Source of the DNA: a virus
Taxonomy: Duplodnaviria > Heunggongvirae > Uroviricota > Caudoviricetes
Direction: 5' to 3' (one strand)
Virus record (IMG/VR): IMGVR_UViG_3300037424_001372
Span: 64,001-128,000 of that record
Length of the DNA: 64,000 nucleotides
The translations under genes were made by a program, and so were the position numbers. Each line of letters starts with the position of its first letter. Position 1 is the stretch's first letter. Of the stretch, positions 1 through 9,380 are shown one piece after another. Under the pieces are notes generated by a model. It did not search any database. It saw only the letters and a program-made list of their open reading frames with translations, and was not told where the DNA came from.

Positions 1-420
1 ATACCAACCGAAATAAAACAAGCAAATAAAGAACTACTTGAAATATTATTTAAATGGTTTATGATTGGTGACGGTAGATCGGTAATTTCTAAAAATCCTA
101 CTTGGAGTAAGAAGGAATCAGTATTCTCAACATCAAAAAAATTAATTTATGACTTGAAAGAAATTTTATTGAAGATTGGTGGGTCTGGGGATATTACCAA
201 ATATCAACCTAAAGATAGAATATTTGCGGGGAGACTGATCAAAGCAGAGAATAGTCAATTATTATATAATTTAAATATTGCAAAAACTAAGCACATTTAT
301 TTAGATAAAAGAAATGTTGAAATAACAGAAATTGATTTTGATGATTATATTGGGTGTGTTAGAGTTCCTAATGGAAATTTTTATGTTATGGTAAATGGTA
401 AATCTCATTGGACCGGTAAT
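1..420 (+). mobile_element. C-terminal part of a LAGLIDADG-type intein in the prohead protease
   Basis: LFKWFMIGDG (LAGLIDADG-like block), then block F/G GCVRVPNGNFYVMVNGKSHWTGN ending in Asn at 418-420, followed by +1 Ser (TCT at 421). Confidence 0.85.
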
Positions 421-846
421 TCTTCAATTATTTCACTACAAAACATATCACATATGATCACTAAAATGTGGTGGGGTAAGGGTCAACAAGAAAATGTTTT
501 ATTTGGGCAATTAAAACTCATAGTATCTCCCGGATTTATAAAATATGGTGTGGTTTCAGTTATTGGTGATAAAATAGTTTTGTATTTACAAAATAAAATA
601 AGATTAGGTATTTCATCACGTGGTGTTGGAACATTAAAAGAAATTAATGGTGAGAATTTGGTTCAAGATGATTTTGAATTAATTGGATTTGATTTAGTTG
701 CGACACCAAGTACTCCCGGGGCATTTTTATTTCCTGAAAAAAACGTAAATATCAGTTTTGGTGAGAATTACGTTAATAAAAATAGTGTGTTAATTAAAGA
801 AGATGATAATAAAATAATTAAGGCGATTAACAAATTTATTTTATAA
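1..846 (+). CDS. Prohead (head maturation) protease, T4 gp21-like, containing an intein; 5'-truncated by the window
   Basis: Frame is open from base 1. C-extein has the gp21 motifs LGISSRGVG and FDLVATPS. Lies upstream of scaffold and MCP genes. Confidence 0.9.
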   Translation: MPTEIKQANKELLEILFKWFMIGDGRSVISKNPTWSKKESVFSTSKKLIYDLKEILLKIGGSGDITKYQPKDRIFAGRLIKAENSQLLYNLNIAKTKHIYLDKRNVEITEIDFDDYIGCVRVPNGNFYVMVNGKSHWTGNSSIISLQNISHMITKMWWGKGQQENVLFGQLKLIVSPGFIKYGVVSVIGDKIVLYLQNKIRLGISSRGVGTLKEINGENLVQDDFELIGFDLVATPSTPGAFLFPEKNVNISFGENYVNKNSVLIKEDDNKIIKAINKFIL

Positions 847-931
847 ATGATCTGTTTTTTTTTATAAAAACATTAATAATAAGAAAATTAGCATTGTTTT
901 TATAAAAAATAACACTTTTTCATAAAAACAA

Positions 932-941
932 TGTATTTATA
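932..941 (+). promoter_or_regulatory. Putative phage late promoter (GTATTTATA)
   Basis: Motif recurs upstream of virion genes on both strands throughout the window. Confidence 0.6.
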
Positions 942-977
942 ATAAAATTATTTTCTAATTGATAAGATTTTTTAAAA

Positions 978-2513
978 ATGAGTAACGATAATAAGACATC
1001 AATCATAAAAGAAGCTCTTCTTGAGTATTCTCAAATTCAGGAAGCTGCTGTTGCAAATGCAAAAAAAAATTTAGCTGATAATTATCCAGATAAATTTAAT
1101 GAACTATTAAAGGAAGAAATGAATAAAAATAAAAGGTCATATAAAAAAATTGACGAACCTAAAGATAATGATATTTCAAATAATGAACCAGATATGAAAA
1201 ATCAAAACGATGTTTCAAAAAAAGTTGTGAAAGAAAATGCTGGCAAAGACGGTGTTTTTACAGACAAACCGAAAATGCCTGATATGGTTAAAGAAGAACG
1301 TGAAAAAGAATTTATGGGTGATGTTGAGAATGACACTCCTAATCAGGGTAAAGGTGATGCTGAGAAAGGTAACGTTTTTACTGATAAAATTAAAACAAAG
1401 AAAGACACTCTTGCCAATAAAACATCAATCAAAGAAGAATTTAACATAACTGAACTTAATGAAGAAGATTTTAATAATGCTTTAGATAGTGCCGAAGAAG
1501 ATGATGAAATTATCACAATGAATGAAATTGAAGAAGAAATCCAAGGAATGGAAAATCTTGGTGAGGAACTAGATGGTATGGGTAATTTACCCCGTCCAGA
1601 ACTTGAAGATTTTGGTGTTCCTAAAGGTCAGAGTGGTGATGCATATTCCCAATTAATTAAAATGAGAAAACAACTTGATGAAATGATTAATTCAATGGGA
1701 GGTGTTGTTGAACAAAAAAATCATGGAGGTGCAGGTGCTAATAATGTAAATCTTGGAGGACCTTCACGATCAATGATTGATGAAATTGGTGATGACGAAA
1801 CAATTACAGATGCTGATATTGAAGCAGCTCTAGGGGAAGCATATGAATTATATGACGAAAAAGGTAATGAAGTTTCAAGTTTACCCGATGAAATTGAAAT
1901 GGATGAGGCACATGGTGTAACATATGGTAATAGAAGAAACACAATCGGTAGACATACTCCATCACCAGACTATTTAAGTAAAGGTGAATTAGATCAATCA
2001 CCCGAATATGTACAAGAATCTCAAAAAAAGATTAGTGGTTTAATTAAAGAGAACAAGAGTTTGACAAAAAAATTAAACGAAACTAAAAAATATAAGCAGT
2101 CAGTGACTACGTTAGTAGAACAATACAAGTCTGCGCTTGAAAAGTATCGCAATCAATTAAAAGAGATGGCGACTTTTAACACCAATTTAGCTCATGTTAA
2201 CAATTTACTTGTAAATGAAAGTCTAAATTTGACTCAAGAAGATAAAATTAAGATTATCAATGAGTTTAAAAAAGTAAACACAATTGCCGAATCGCAGGAA
2301 AAGTATAAAACTATGTTATCAGAAATGACGATAAGTAAAAAGACTTTAACTGAAAGTATTGAAGGTAGGGTAAGTGCTTCCGTATCACCATCTTCAAAAC
2401 AAAAATTGGATGAAGCAAAAGAAGTAACTGCATATACAAATGATAATCATCTTAATAAGATGAAAAAAATAATTGAATATGTGGAACATAGAGGAAGTAA
2501 AAAAATAATTTAA
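978..2513 (+). CDS. Prohead core/scaffold protein (gp22-like)
   Basis: Acidic low-complexity N-terminal half, coiled-coil C-terminal half, many (L/I/V)-x-E sites, located between protease and MCP. Confidence 0.7.
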   Translation: MSNDNKTSIIKEALLEYSQIQEAAVANAKKNLADNYPDKFNELLKEEMNKNKRSYKKIDEPKDNDISNNEPDMKNQNDVSKKVVKENAGKDGVFTDKPKMPDMVKEEREKEFMGDVENDTPNQGKGDAEKGNVFTDKIKTKKDTLANKTSIKEEFNITELNEEDFNNALDSAEEDDEIITMNEIEEEIQGMENLGEELDGMGNLPRPELEDFGVPKGQSGDAYSQLIKMRKQLDEMINSMGGVVEQKNHGGAGANNVNLGGPSRSMIDEIGDDETITDADIEAALGEAYELYDEKGNEVSSLPDEIEMDEAHGVTYGNRRNTIGRHTPSPDYLSKGELDQSPEYVQESQKKISGLIKENKSLTKKLNETKKYKQSVTTLVEQYKSALEKYRNQLKEMATFNTNLAHVNNLLVNESLNLTQEDKIKIINEFKKVNTIAESQEKYKTMLSEMTISKKTLTESIEGRVSASVSPSSKQKLDEAKEVTAYTNDNHLNKMKKIIEYVEHRGSKKII

Positions 2514-2537
2514 TAAAAAAATAAAATAAATAATAAT

Positions 2538-4226
2538 ATGGGATTTTTAATGGAAAGTGCCGAAGTTGGTAATATTGGATTAAAACAACTTCGTGAACAA
2601 AGAGAAATCACTACAAACCGTTGGGAAAAGATTGGTTTGTTAGAAGGTTTGGAAGGTAATGTTAGAGAAAACTGTGCTCAATTATTTGAGAATCAGTTGA
2701 CACATATGATTAACGAATCGTCAGATTCATCTAATAGCGGTCAATTTGAAACAGTTGCGTTTCCTGTAATCCGTAGGGTTTTTGCCAAATTATTGGCAAA
2801 TGATATTGTATCTGTACAAGCACTTAACTTACCTATTGGTAAATTATATTTTATTAACCCTAAAACTTCTGTAAGGGTTGATTCAACTACTGCTCCTTGG
2901 GCTGAACAAGCTAACGGTTATCATACTTCACCTGACGGTGCTTATGGTAATGCTGCTGATAAAGTTGCCAATCAAAAAACTATGTTCGAATCTCGTTCAT
3001 TATATGATGCATTTTATGCTACTAAATATGATGACGAAGGAACTTCATTGTTTGATAATTCAAAAGGTGATATTACTACAGTAACTGCCAGTACCACTGC
3101 TTCAACATATGTACTTGGTACTGATAAATATGTCACATTAAATGTTGGCGGTATTTATAGTACTTCTGAAGGTAAATTAGTTGGTCCTACAGGTGTCCCA
3201 ATGGATACTGAATCGTTTCTTGCCGGCTTAAAGGTTGTTGCAAATATCGATTTAACTGCTCCATCTCCCTACGCTGCTGAAGGTATTACTGCTGGTGAAA
3301 ATATTCCTTGTAATGTAAAGTATCAAAAATATGGTCAAGCCATTGTTAGTAAAGAAGGTGTTTTAACAATTCTTGCTGACTTAACTTATGCTGGTGCTGA
3401 TGGTTATCAGCCATTATCAGGTACAACCGGACTTACTTTTACCGTAACATATAAAACTTATTCAGACCTTGAAGAAGATTCAAGAATGGCTGAAGTAACG
3501 TTCCAATTAGATCAAGTTACTGTTTCAGTAGAAACTCGTAAAATGCGTGCTATGTGGACACCAGAATTAGCGCAAGATGTTTCTGCATTCCATAACATAG
3601 ATGCCGAAGCAGAATTAACTGCTTTATTGTCAGAACAAATGGCTGCTGAAATTGACCGTGAAATTCTTCGTGACCTTCGTAAAGGTGCTGCTTGGACTGC
3701 TCGTTGGGATTATAATGGTTTGCGTAAAGGAACTAACACTTATTATGGTGTGCAGAAAGACTGGAATCAGACTTTGGTAACTAAAATTAACCAAATCTCT
3801 GCTCAAATCCACAAAGCCACTCTTCGTGGTGGTGCATCTTGGATTGTAGTTTCTCCTGAAGTAAGTGCCGTATTTGATGATCTCGAATATTTCCATGTAT
3901 CAAATGCTGCTCCTGAACAAGATAAATATAACATGGGTATTGAGAAAATCGGTACTTTAAGTGGTCGTTATCTTGTATATCGTGACCCATATTCACCGGC
4001 AAACACGGTTCTTATTGGCCATAAAGGTACTAGCATCCTTGAGACCGGTTACATATATGCACCATTCGTGCCAATGCAATTAACTCCTGTAATGTATAAC
4101 CCATTTGATTTCACACCTATTCGTGGTATCATGACCAGATACGCTAAGAAAATGGTGCTTAACCGTTACTATGGACGTATTTATTGCGATGGTCTCCAAA
4201 CTTTTGGTATTGGTGATTTACAATAA
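2538..4226 (+). CDS. Major capsid protein, T4 gp23-like
   Basis: gp23 motifs: FPVIRRVF..LLANDIVSVQ, WTPELAQD..AFHNIDAEAEL..LLSEQ..AEIDREI, GYIYAPFVP, F.PIRGIMTRY. Confidence 0.97.
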   Translation: MGFLMESAEVGNIGLKQLREQREITTNRWEKIGLLEGLEGNVRENCAQLFENQLTHMINESSDSSNSGQFETVAFPVIRRVFAKLLANDIVSVQALNLPIGKLYFINPKTSVRVDSTTAPWAEQANGYHTSPDGAYGNAADKVANQKTMFESRSLYDAFYATKYDDEGTSLFDNSKGDITTVTASTTASTYVLGTDKYVTLNVGGIYSTSEGKLVGPTGVPMDTESFLAGLKVVANIDLTAPSPYAAEGITAGENIPCNVKYQKYGQAIVSKEGVLTILADLTYAGADGYQPLSGTTGLTFTVTYKTYSDLEEDSRMAEVTFQLDQVTVSVETRKMRAMWTPELAQDVSAFHNIDAEAELTALLSEQMAAEIDREILRDLRKGAAWTARWDYNGLRKGTNTYYGVQKDWNQTLVTKINQISAQIHKATLRGGASWIVVSPEVSAVFDDLEYFHVSNAAPEQDKYNMGIEKIGTLSGRYLVYRDPYSPANTVLIGHKGTSILETGYIYAPFVPMQLTPVMYNPFDFTPIRGIMTRYAKKMVLNRYYGRIYCDGLQTFGIGDLQ

Positions 4227-4249
4227 CAGATATTGTAACATGAATTTTG

Positions 4250-4280
4250 AAAGACTCACTAAACTAGTGAGTCTTTTTTT
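4250..4280 (+). terminator. Rho-independent terminator after MCP
   Basis: AAAGACTCACTA-AAC-TAGTGAGTCTTT followed by a T-run. Confidence 0.85.
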
Positions 4281-4381
4281 GTTATAATAACTTAAAATAA
4301 TTTTACCCCTTTTTATGGTTTATTATCCAATCTCTAGTATTTATTTAAAAGATTAATTATATTTGCATTATATTTTTTTTT

Positions 4382-6010
4382 ATGAAAAAACTAGAAATAT
4401 CTGAAGGGAGTAGAACCGAGATTTATAATAAATATTGTTCGGGAATTTCAATGAATAAAATCGTAAATGATTCGGGTTATTCATTCACTGTAGTTCAAAA
4501 ATTAATTAATTCATTCGATTATGAAAATCAACTAAAAACTAATTATCCACAAAAAGACGGATATTATATAATTGCAGTTTGTAATCAAACACAAAAAGAA
4601 ATAAGTGATTATAAAAATGAATCTGGAGCAATTACTGAACATATTTTTAGATTATATTCAGAAGAAGCGAAAAATAGTAAATATATTCGTAAATCAAAAG
4701 AATATAAAACGGGCAAGTTTTGGTATGACCAATATTTCACATTTAAATACGAAAGAATAAGAGAAGTAAAAAAATGTTACTATTGTGATTGGACTACCGA
4801 AGATATTAATAACTTATCTGGTGCGTATGAAAAACATTTATTATTAATTCACAATAAAACCATTGAAAATTATTTAATTGATAATATTACAGATGCTACT
4901 TATTTTAAACATTTAACTCCTGACGATGCAATTACGTGTGCTATTTGTGGAGAAAAATTACGAATATTAAATGATAAGCATTTAAGTAGGCATAATATAA
5001 CTGTTGATAATTATAAATTAAAATATTCTGATTTAATCGTTTCGCCAAGTACTCATATAAAATTAAGTTCTTCGGTTAAGATAACTAATCAAAACATGAC
5101 ATTTTCAAAAACATCTAAAGGTGAAAATGAGGTAAAGGATTTTTTATTTAATAATGGTGTTATTGTAAAACAATCAACAAGAAAATTATTAGATGGCATT
5201 GAAATCGATTTATTTCTTCCTGATTATAACATAGGCATTGAATATAATGGTAATTTATATCATACGGAAAATTATGGGAAAAAGGGTTTTAATTATCATC
5301 TAAATAAAACAAAAGTAGCGACAGATAAGAAGATTAAATTATTTCACATTTTCGAGGATGAATGGCATTTAAGAAATGAGATTGTAAAAAATAAATTATT
5401 ACACATTTTAAATAAAAATTATTCAACAAAACTACATGCGAGAAAATGTAACATAACTGAAATTAATAAAGATATTAAATCCAAGTTTTTAGAAAAGTAT
5501 CATATTCAAGGGGATGACCGTTCAAATTATTTTTTGGGAGCATATTATAATGAAACACTTATTGCTGTAATGTCATTTAATAATAATAGAAATTTAAATA
5601 AAGAAAAAAATCATTCAGATGACACATATGAACTTACAAGATACTGTACAAATAGTGATTATATTATCAATGGCATTGCTTCTAAACTATTAAAATTTTT
5701 TATTTTAAATAAAAAACCAAAAAAAATAATAAGTTTTGCAGATAGACGATGGACACCATTATTTAATAATAATTTATACACTAATTTGGGATTTGATTTA
5801 ACTAAAATATTAAAACCCGATTACACATATTTCAATAAAAAAGCACATCGAAGCAAAAGATTACATAAGTTTGGATTCGGGAAAAATGCGATTAAAAAAA
5901 GATTTCCTGAAATATATAACGAAAACAAAACTGAATGGGAGATGATGCAAGAATTGGGGTATGATAGAATATGGGATTGTGGAAAATTTAAGTATGAATT
6001 AAATTTATAA
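4382..6010 (+). CDS. Hef-like free-standing endonuclease: Zn fingers + Vsr/PD-(D/E)XK-like nuclease + Mom-like GNAT domain
   Basis: CYYC..H..H and CAIC..H..H; EIDLFLP..IGIEYNGNLYH..HIFEDEW; HIQG, YELTRYC, ASKLL, SFADRRW, LY..LGF, WDCG..KYE. Confidence 0.75.
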   Translation: MKKLEISEGSRTEIYNKYCSGISMNKIVNDSGYSFTVVQKLINSFDYENQLKTNYPQKDGYYIIAVCNQTQKEISDYKNESGAITEHIFRLYSEEAKNSKYIRKSKEYKTGKFWYDQYFTFKYERIREVKKCYYCDWTTEDINNLSGAYEKHLLLIHNKTIENYLIDNITDATYFKHLTPDDAITCAICGEKLRILNDKHLSRHNITVDNYKLKYSDLIVSPSTHIKLSSSVKITNQNMTFSKTSKGENEVKDFLFNNGVIVKQSTRKLLDGIEIDLFLPDYNIGIEYNGNLYHTENYGKKGFNYHLNKTKVATDKKIKLFHIFEDEWHLRNEIVKNKLLHILNKNYSTKLHARKCNITEINKDIKSKFLEKYHIQGDDRSNYFLGAYYNETLIAVMSFNNNRNLNKEKNHSDDTYELTRYCTNSDYIINGIASKLLKFFILNKKPKKIISFADRRWTPLFNNNLYTNLGFDLTKILKPDYTYFNKKAHRSKRLHKFGFGKNAIKKRFPEIYNENKTEWEMMQELGYDRIWDCGKFKYELNL

Positions 6011-6066
6011 AAAGTTGAAATATTCTAACATCTTTTTATATGTTATATAATATTAATAATCAATAA

Positions 6067-7569
6067 ATGAAAAAAATAATAATTAATGATACAATTTTAT
6101 TGTTTTTAGGAATTAATGATTTTGAAAAAATCACTAAGAATGATTTAATTAATCTTAAGAAGAAATATTTAATTAAATATGATAATTGTATAATATATAA
6201 TTATTATGATTTATGTAATAAAAAGAAAATCATTAGAGATAAAATTAATAAAATAAAGTTTAATAATCAAATAAAAATTGGTGCACGTAATTGTAACATA
6301 CAATTAGTTGATAATAAAATAAAAAATGATTTTCTAAATGAATATCATATTCAGGGAACAGATAAATCTCAAATTTATTTTGCTGCATATTATAATAACG
6401 AAATAATTTCAATAATGTCATTTAATACATCAAATAAATTTATTGGAGGATTAAATGAAAATGAATATGAATTATCAAGATTTGCGATTAAATCTGGTTA
6501 TATTATTAATGGATTATTTGAAAAAATGTTAAAAAAATTTATTAACGTTTATTCGCCAAAAAAAATATTATCATTTGCTGACTTAAATATGTCAAATGGT
6601 GTATCAAATATATATGTAAATAATGGCTTTATTTTAAATAAAATTATTCGTCCTGATTATAGATATTATTCAAAAATCGATAATAGAATATATCATAAAT
6701 TTACATTTGGTACAAAATATGATAAAAATGAATCAATCTCAAATCATATTAAAATAGATAGAAAAAATCAATTAATTAAGGTTTGGAATTGTGGTAAATT
6801 AAAATATGAATTATTTATTGATAATAACAATCAAATTGTTTTTGGTTTTATTTATATGATAACCAATAAAATTAATAATAAAATATATATTGGGCAAACA
6901 ACTCGCAATATTCAAAAAAGAATTTATGAATATAAATCTGCATTTAATTTAAAAAATCATAATAATCCTCATCTATATAATGCATTTAATAAATATGGAT
7001 GGGATAATTTTGAATTTAAAATAATTGATACTGCACAAACGATTGAGGAATTAAATGATAAAGAAATTAATTATATTCAAAAATATAACACAACCAATAA
7101 AGAATTTGGTTACAATATCGAATCAGGTGGTAAAAATGCAATTCCTAATATTGAAACACTTGAAAAGATGTCCAAATCTCATTTAGGATTAAAACAAACA
7201 GAGAATTGGGTTTCTAAAAGAATTGCCATTGCTGGTAGTGACGGAGCAAAGAAATATGGAAAAGTAAAGAGTGAAGAAGAAAAAAATAATATTAGTATTA
7301 AATCACCCAAATATTGGCTAGGCAAGAATAGGGACGTTAAAACTAAATTAAAAATAAGTGAAACAAAAATGATGAATGGTTTATCTGATAGACAAAAGGA
7401 AGTGATCTGTAAGAAAGTATATAAAACTGATTTAATTAACAATGTGACAACAACATTTGAATCAGCAACAGATGCTGCAAAGTTTGAAATGGTCAATCAA
7501 TCAACAATTTCAAGATGGTGTCAAAAAAATAAGATAATTAATAACATTTCTTGGGGATATTTATTATAA
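6067..7569 (+). CDS. Mom-like GNAT domain fused to a GIY-YIG endonuclease with NUMOD-type tail
   Basis: N-half: HIQG, YELSRF, SFADL, WNCGKLKYE. C-half: GFIYMITNKINNKIYIGQT.R...R, then TLEKMSKSHLG and FESATDAAK. Confidence 0.8.
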   Translation: MKKIIINDTILLFLGINDFEKITKNDLINLKKKYLIKYDNCIIYNYYDLCNKKKIIRDKINKIKFNNQIKIGARNCNIQLVDNKIKNDFLNEYHIQGTDKSQIYFAAYYNNEIISIMSFNTSNKFIGGLNENEYELSRFAIKSGYIINGLFEKMLKKFINVYSPKKILSFADLNMSNGVSNIYVNNGFILNKIIRPDYRYYSKIDNRIYHKFTFGTKYDKNESISNHIKIDRKNQLIKVWNCGKLKYELFIDNNNQIVFGFIYMITNKINNKIYIGQTTRNIQKRIYEYKSAFNLKNHNNPHLYNAFNKYGWDNFEFKIIDTAQTIEELNDKEINYIQKYNTTNKEFGYNIESGGKNAIPNIETLEKMSKSHLGLKQTENWVSKRIAIAGSDGAKKYGKVKSEEEKNNISIKSPKYWLGKNRDVKTKLKISETKMMNGLSDRQKEVICKKVYKTDLINNVTTTFESATDAAKFEMVNQSTISRWCQKNKIINNISWGYLL

Positions 7570-7683
7570 CAATGTATTAATAAAATACTATTTATTAAAT
7601 TTCGTATTGTTGACCAATTATTTATAATTATAATTAATTAGTTAAATGATGTGATATGCAATAGTTATAACATTTAAAGAAGC

Positions 7684-7911
7684 CTATCCACGTTTAATCC
7701 AGTAATTGTAAATTCCCATTCCCCATGAATATGTATAGAAAGCAGTTAACGCAACTATACCCCATTGTTCATTCGTGATTGATGTATAAAACCAAAATGG
7801 CTGCCCAATAAGTCCGATAATATAACCCCATCGCTTCCATTCTTCTTTTCGCGCAACTAACCAAATCGCAGTACATCCGAATATTAAAATCATTATTTGC
7901 GAAAAATCCAT
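7684..7911 (-). CDS. Small PnuC-like three-helix membrane protein
   Basis: Hydrophobic helices with IWLVARK..W.RWG..IG...Q..W and G.YNYW patterns. Confidence 0.55.
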   Translation of the reverse strand: MDFSQIMILIFGCTAIWLVARKEEWKRWGYIIGLIGQPFWFYTSITNEQWGIVALTAFYTYSWGMGIYNYWIKRG

Positions 7912-8035
7912 GGAAATAAATGTTGCCTAACACACGTAGTAGTAATACGGGTGTTAGTTGTTATTAGAATATACTACATTTTATTAAGTTCACTATTAAT
8001 TGATAGCGTATCAATCTATGTGCTATTGTCAACAG

Positions 8036-8278
8036 TTATGTGATATTAGCCAACGTCTGTAACATTTTTACACATTTATCCAAAGTATCATCAATGTCAA
8101 CATTAGCAGATGAACTTAATCCCCATATAAAATCACCAAGATACGTTATTAAATCATCATCATCTAAATGTCTTTTAATCATTTTCATGGCATCATGAAT
8201 ATGTTCGGCAGGGTCAATATAACTATACAGTTTTTCTTCTAAGATGTTTAATACATCAATTACTGTTTGTCTTATCAT
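8036..8278 (-). CDS. Hypothetical protein
   Basis: ATG ORF within a co-oriented run of small genes. Confidence 0.6.
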   Translation of the reverse strand: MIRQTVIDVLNILEEKLYSYIDPAEHIHDAMKMIKRHLDDDDLITYLGDFIWGLSSSANVDIDDTLDKCVKMLQTLANIT

Positions 8279-8325
8279 ATAAGAGTCTTTTTTTGTTAAT
8301 TAACATTTATACTTGTCTGTTATGA

Positions 8326-8589
8326 TTAATTAAACACATACCATTCACCATCTTCTAACAATTCTAATTGTAAATAAGGTATTTTATCAATATCTTCAAT
8401 ACTTAATTTATAATTAACATTCGGTATTAATGGTTTAAATGAATTAGAGTTATGATCATCATTATACCCATTTTCATATAAATAAAAAACTACATCCGAA
8501 TCCACCTTCTCTAGTGTTGTTTTATCCGCAATTTCATATCGATATTTATCAAATATTTCGCATATTTTTTCTTTATATTCGCTATTCAT
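8326..8589 (-). CDS. Hypothetical protein
   Basis: ATG ORF within a co-oriented run. Confidence 0.6.
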   Translation of the reverse strand: MNSEYKEKICEIFDKYRYEIADKTTLEKVDSDVVFYLYENGYNDDHNSNSFKPLIPNVNYKLSIEDIDKIPYLQLELLEDGEWYVFN

Positions 8590-8614
8590 ATTTATTAAAA
8601 TTAACTAATTATCT

Positions 8615-8962
8615 TTAATTTGTGGTCGATAGATATAATATTTGAGGAAAATTACCAAAAACGAACTTCGTAACATCACAAAGCCAAATTTCAAGACCTA
8701 TTCTAATTCCTCGATATTTTTCAAGTTTGTAAAATGCTCCGTTTTCAATTTCGGTAGCAAGTCGCAAAAATTCTAACTTATCACAGTTTTTAAATTTTTG
8801 TTCTGATAACATTATTAAAACTTGAGATTCACCGTCTGCAATATATTCTAGCATAGTATCTGCACCAGCAACCATTTCAAGATCAGTTTTGCTACCAGTC
8901 CATTCAGCTAAATCAATGTACCATCTATTATCACTTTCTTTGTAAAATCTTAATTTTTTCAT
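8615..8962 (-). CDS. DUF6717-like protein
   Basis: WYIDL.EW.G.K.DLEMVAGADTML and WLCDVT.FVFG.FP motifs. Confidence 0.6.
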   Translation of the reverse strand: MKKLRFYKESDNRWYIDLAEWTGSKTDLEMVAGADTMLEYIADGESQVLIMLSEQKFKNCDKLEFLRLATEIENGAFYKLEKYRGIRIGLEIWLCDVTKFVFGNFPQILYLSTTN

Positions 8963-8980
8963 ATTTTCAATTTCATTAAA

Positions 8981-9361
8981 TCAATATTCGCTAATTAAAT
9001 TAGATGAATTATCAATTAAATGCGATAATTGGCTTTCAAACATATGACCAACATTATTATCACTTAATTCACGAATTACCATCATTTTTTGAGCTAAAAC
9101 CCATGTACCTCCTTGTGATTCTGGTCGTTTATAATATTCAAAATCTTGAATTTCAACTTCAATCCACACACGATTTTTAGTTGATAAATGAGGTGCAATT
9201 GGTTTTAAAGTACAATGCCAACCTTTACGATATGCAAATCCTTTTGTTGGGTGAGATTCAGCTTCTAACCATTCACCAATAGGTATTCTACTTTGTTTAT
9301 TAATAAATAATGGAGATAAACTACCATCATTTAATTTACGTATTAATTTATATGCAATCAT
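8981..9361 (-). CDS. Conserved phage hypothetical protein
   Basis: AYKL.R...G.L.PLFI, GFAYR.GWHC, RP..QGG.W pattern. Confidence 0.65.
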   Translation of the reverse strand: MIAYKLIRKLNDGSLSPLFINKQSRIPIGEWLEAESHPTKGFAYRKGWHCTLKPIAPHLSTKNRVWIEVEIQDFEYYKRPESQGGTWVLAQKMMVIRELSDNNVGHMFESQLSHLIDNSSNLISEY

Positions 9362-9380
9362 TTTTTATTCATTTAAATTA

